From assembly GCF_018977255.1 (NCBI RefSeq), contig NW_024705361.1:1-51599 (forward strand): a stretch of 51,599 nucleotides of DNA, in the 5' to 3' direction. Of the stretch, positions 49,931-51,599 are shown in pieces. Within the stretch, counting starts at the first letter, position 1; each line of letters begins with the position of its first letter. The position numbers and the translations under genes were made by a program. This DNA comes from Callorhinchus milii. Its lineage: Eukaryota. A model generated the notes under the pieces. That model worked only from the letters and a program-made list of their open reading frames with translations. It made no database searches and was not told the origin of the DNA.

Positions 49931-50121
49931 TTCCAGATCGTCAGATCCGGCCTTCCCATGGCGCCCTGCTGGCTCCACCCCATTCACCTCGCTTCGATTG
50001 GACCCGAGGTGAACGGTGGCCCTCCCATACGCCCCCAATACCCCGGGCCGTGTATGATTGGGCCAGAAGCCCAGCAGCGAAACCCCATTTACGCTCGCAT
50101 TACATGACCCCCCCCCCTCCC
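49930..50121 (-). repeat. PPT (50108-50121) and first ~175 bp of a 3' LTR (50104 down to ~49930), inverted
   Basis: Minus strand GGGAGGGGGGGGGGTCA-TGTAATGCGAGCGTAAATGGGG matches 45512-45700. Confidence 0.85.
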
Positions 50122-50639
50122 ACGATGTAAAAGACCAGCCGTCCCGGCTGAAAACAGGATAAAATAATGCGAGCGACGGCAACACATTCAGGAATCACAA
50201 CCAACACAACGGAGAGAGCACAATAACGACGAACACAATCAATGAAAGGGAAGGGATATGGAACGAGTACGGGTCGCCAGTCCGTCCTTCACGAGAAGCG
50301 GCGCCCTCGGAGGTCGCAGTCCGACAGGGTTTGAGGTGCGGCGGAAACGGAATCATCCGCCGCTGGTGGAGGCCTGTCCTTCCCAGCACCCATTCACCAG
50401 AGAGGTCCGTAATCGGGGCCCCCTGCAACTGCAACCTCGGCGGGTTTGAGGGGCAGAGGGAGCAGGTGCCCCCGTCGCCATGGTAGGCCCACTCAGTGCA
50501 GAAATCCTTTTGTCTGCAGGATCACCGCCGGCCCGTCTACAGGAGGCACGACAGGCACGCTTGCAGGTTGAACAGGCAAGGGCAGTGGTGCGTCGGACGT
50601 CGACAGACACCGGCAAGGCAACGTTGGAGATGACGCATC

Positions 50640-51599
50640 GACGCATGAGGCAACGTAGGGTTTCAATCGGGCGTGTGAACGTACCAACGTCGCGACCCGA
50701 CCCAAATGCATGCGGACTGTGGGCTAGGGACCTCAATCAGCACCACCGGCCCTTGCCAGGGTTTGTGCAACTTAGGGAGGTCCCCACCGGCACCTGTGGG
50801 CAGTGGAGCCAGGCCATGTCCCCTACTCACCAAGGGGACCTACGATGAGAGCGCCGGGCGCACCGTTCTTCCGGGCCTGGGTCTTGGCCGTAGCCAATCG
50901 GGCCACGTCCCGTGCCTCCGCCACGCGCCTGACGGCTTCGCGAATATACTCGGGGAGGGTTTAACAGGACCTTCGCCCGCGTGCCAAGTTGCACCTCCAC
51001 AGGTGGCACATTCTCGCGACCGTACATCAAAAAGAAAGTGAATACCCCGTGACGCATGTGGTGCCATCCGGTAAGCGGAGAGCACTCCCAGGATATGCAA
51101 ATCCAATCGGCCTGCTTCTCGCTAACCGTATGGCAGAGCATGGCCGACAGGGTCCGGTTCAACCATTCAACCATCCCATCAGTTTGTGGATGGTAGGGAG
51201 AGGTCCGAACTTTCTTAGTTCCCAGTGCGTCGCACACATCCCGCAATAGGTTTGAAGAAAAATTCGCCCTTGGTCTGTAAGCAGCCTTTCCGGCGCCCCC
51301 TTATCCATCACGTACCCGAACAGGAATGCCTCCGTGATAGACGACGCCGACTGGTCGGCAAAGGCCAAGCCATTGGCCATCGCGAAAGATATTCGACCCC
51401 GACCAACAAAAATTGTTCCCGAGCGGACGGGGGAAAGGGCCCCAGAATGTCCAACGCCACCAACTCGTTAACCCGCGTCACTTAATCGACTGCACTGGGG
51501 GAACATGTTTGTTTGGGCGGCTTCCGCCGGGCACAGTCGAGCACGCCGAATATGCCGACGACGTCAGTCGTCATGCCGTGCACCCCGAGATGTAACAAC
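50640..51599 (-). pseudogene. pol: Gypsy integrase, frameshifted, runs off the right edge
   Basis: CARRKP, ELVALDILGP, PERLLTDQG, RTSPYHPQTDGMVE.LNRTL, HARLKPY. Confidence 0.9.

Overview
Repeat-dense eukaryotic (metazoan) DNA. A vertebrate such as a lamprey is a guess from repeat style only. No complete host gene is supportable. Bases 1-12407 hold two copies of one LTR retroelement family with very long LTRs (about 2.5-2.8 kb), a tRNA-Pro-like PBS and one Gag-like ORF (856 aa). The complete copy (2225-10780, TSD AAAC) has no pol and sits antisense inside the 5' LTR of the second copy. Elsewhere: a second Ty3/Gypsy family with a tRNA-Leu-like PBS (13936-15069 fragment, 32067-32655 solo LTR, 45512->51599 frameshifted gag-pol with an inverted integrase/3' LTR segment), four RTE-type LINE fragments, Penelope-like elements with GIY-YIG remnants and six complete plus one partial minimal hammerhead ribozyme motifs, Helentron-type (DINE-1-like) elements (one carrying a tRNA-Ala-like sequence), a SINE, and possible promoter/first-exon sequence at 25.1-28.5 kb. 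The roughly 9.8 kb after the N gap (15358-~25130) looks like randomised sequence and I can support no biological feature in it. I found no convincing new system. The best candidates for follow-up are the gag-only long-LTR element and the ribozyme-bearing Penelope termini.
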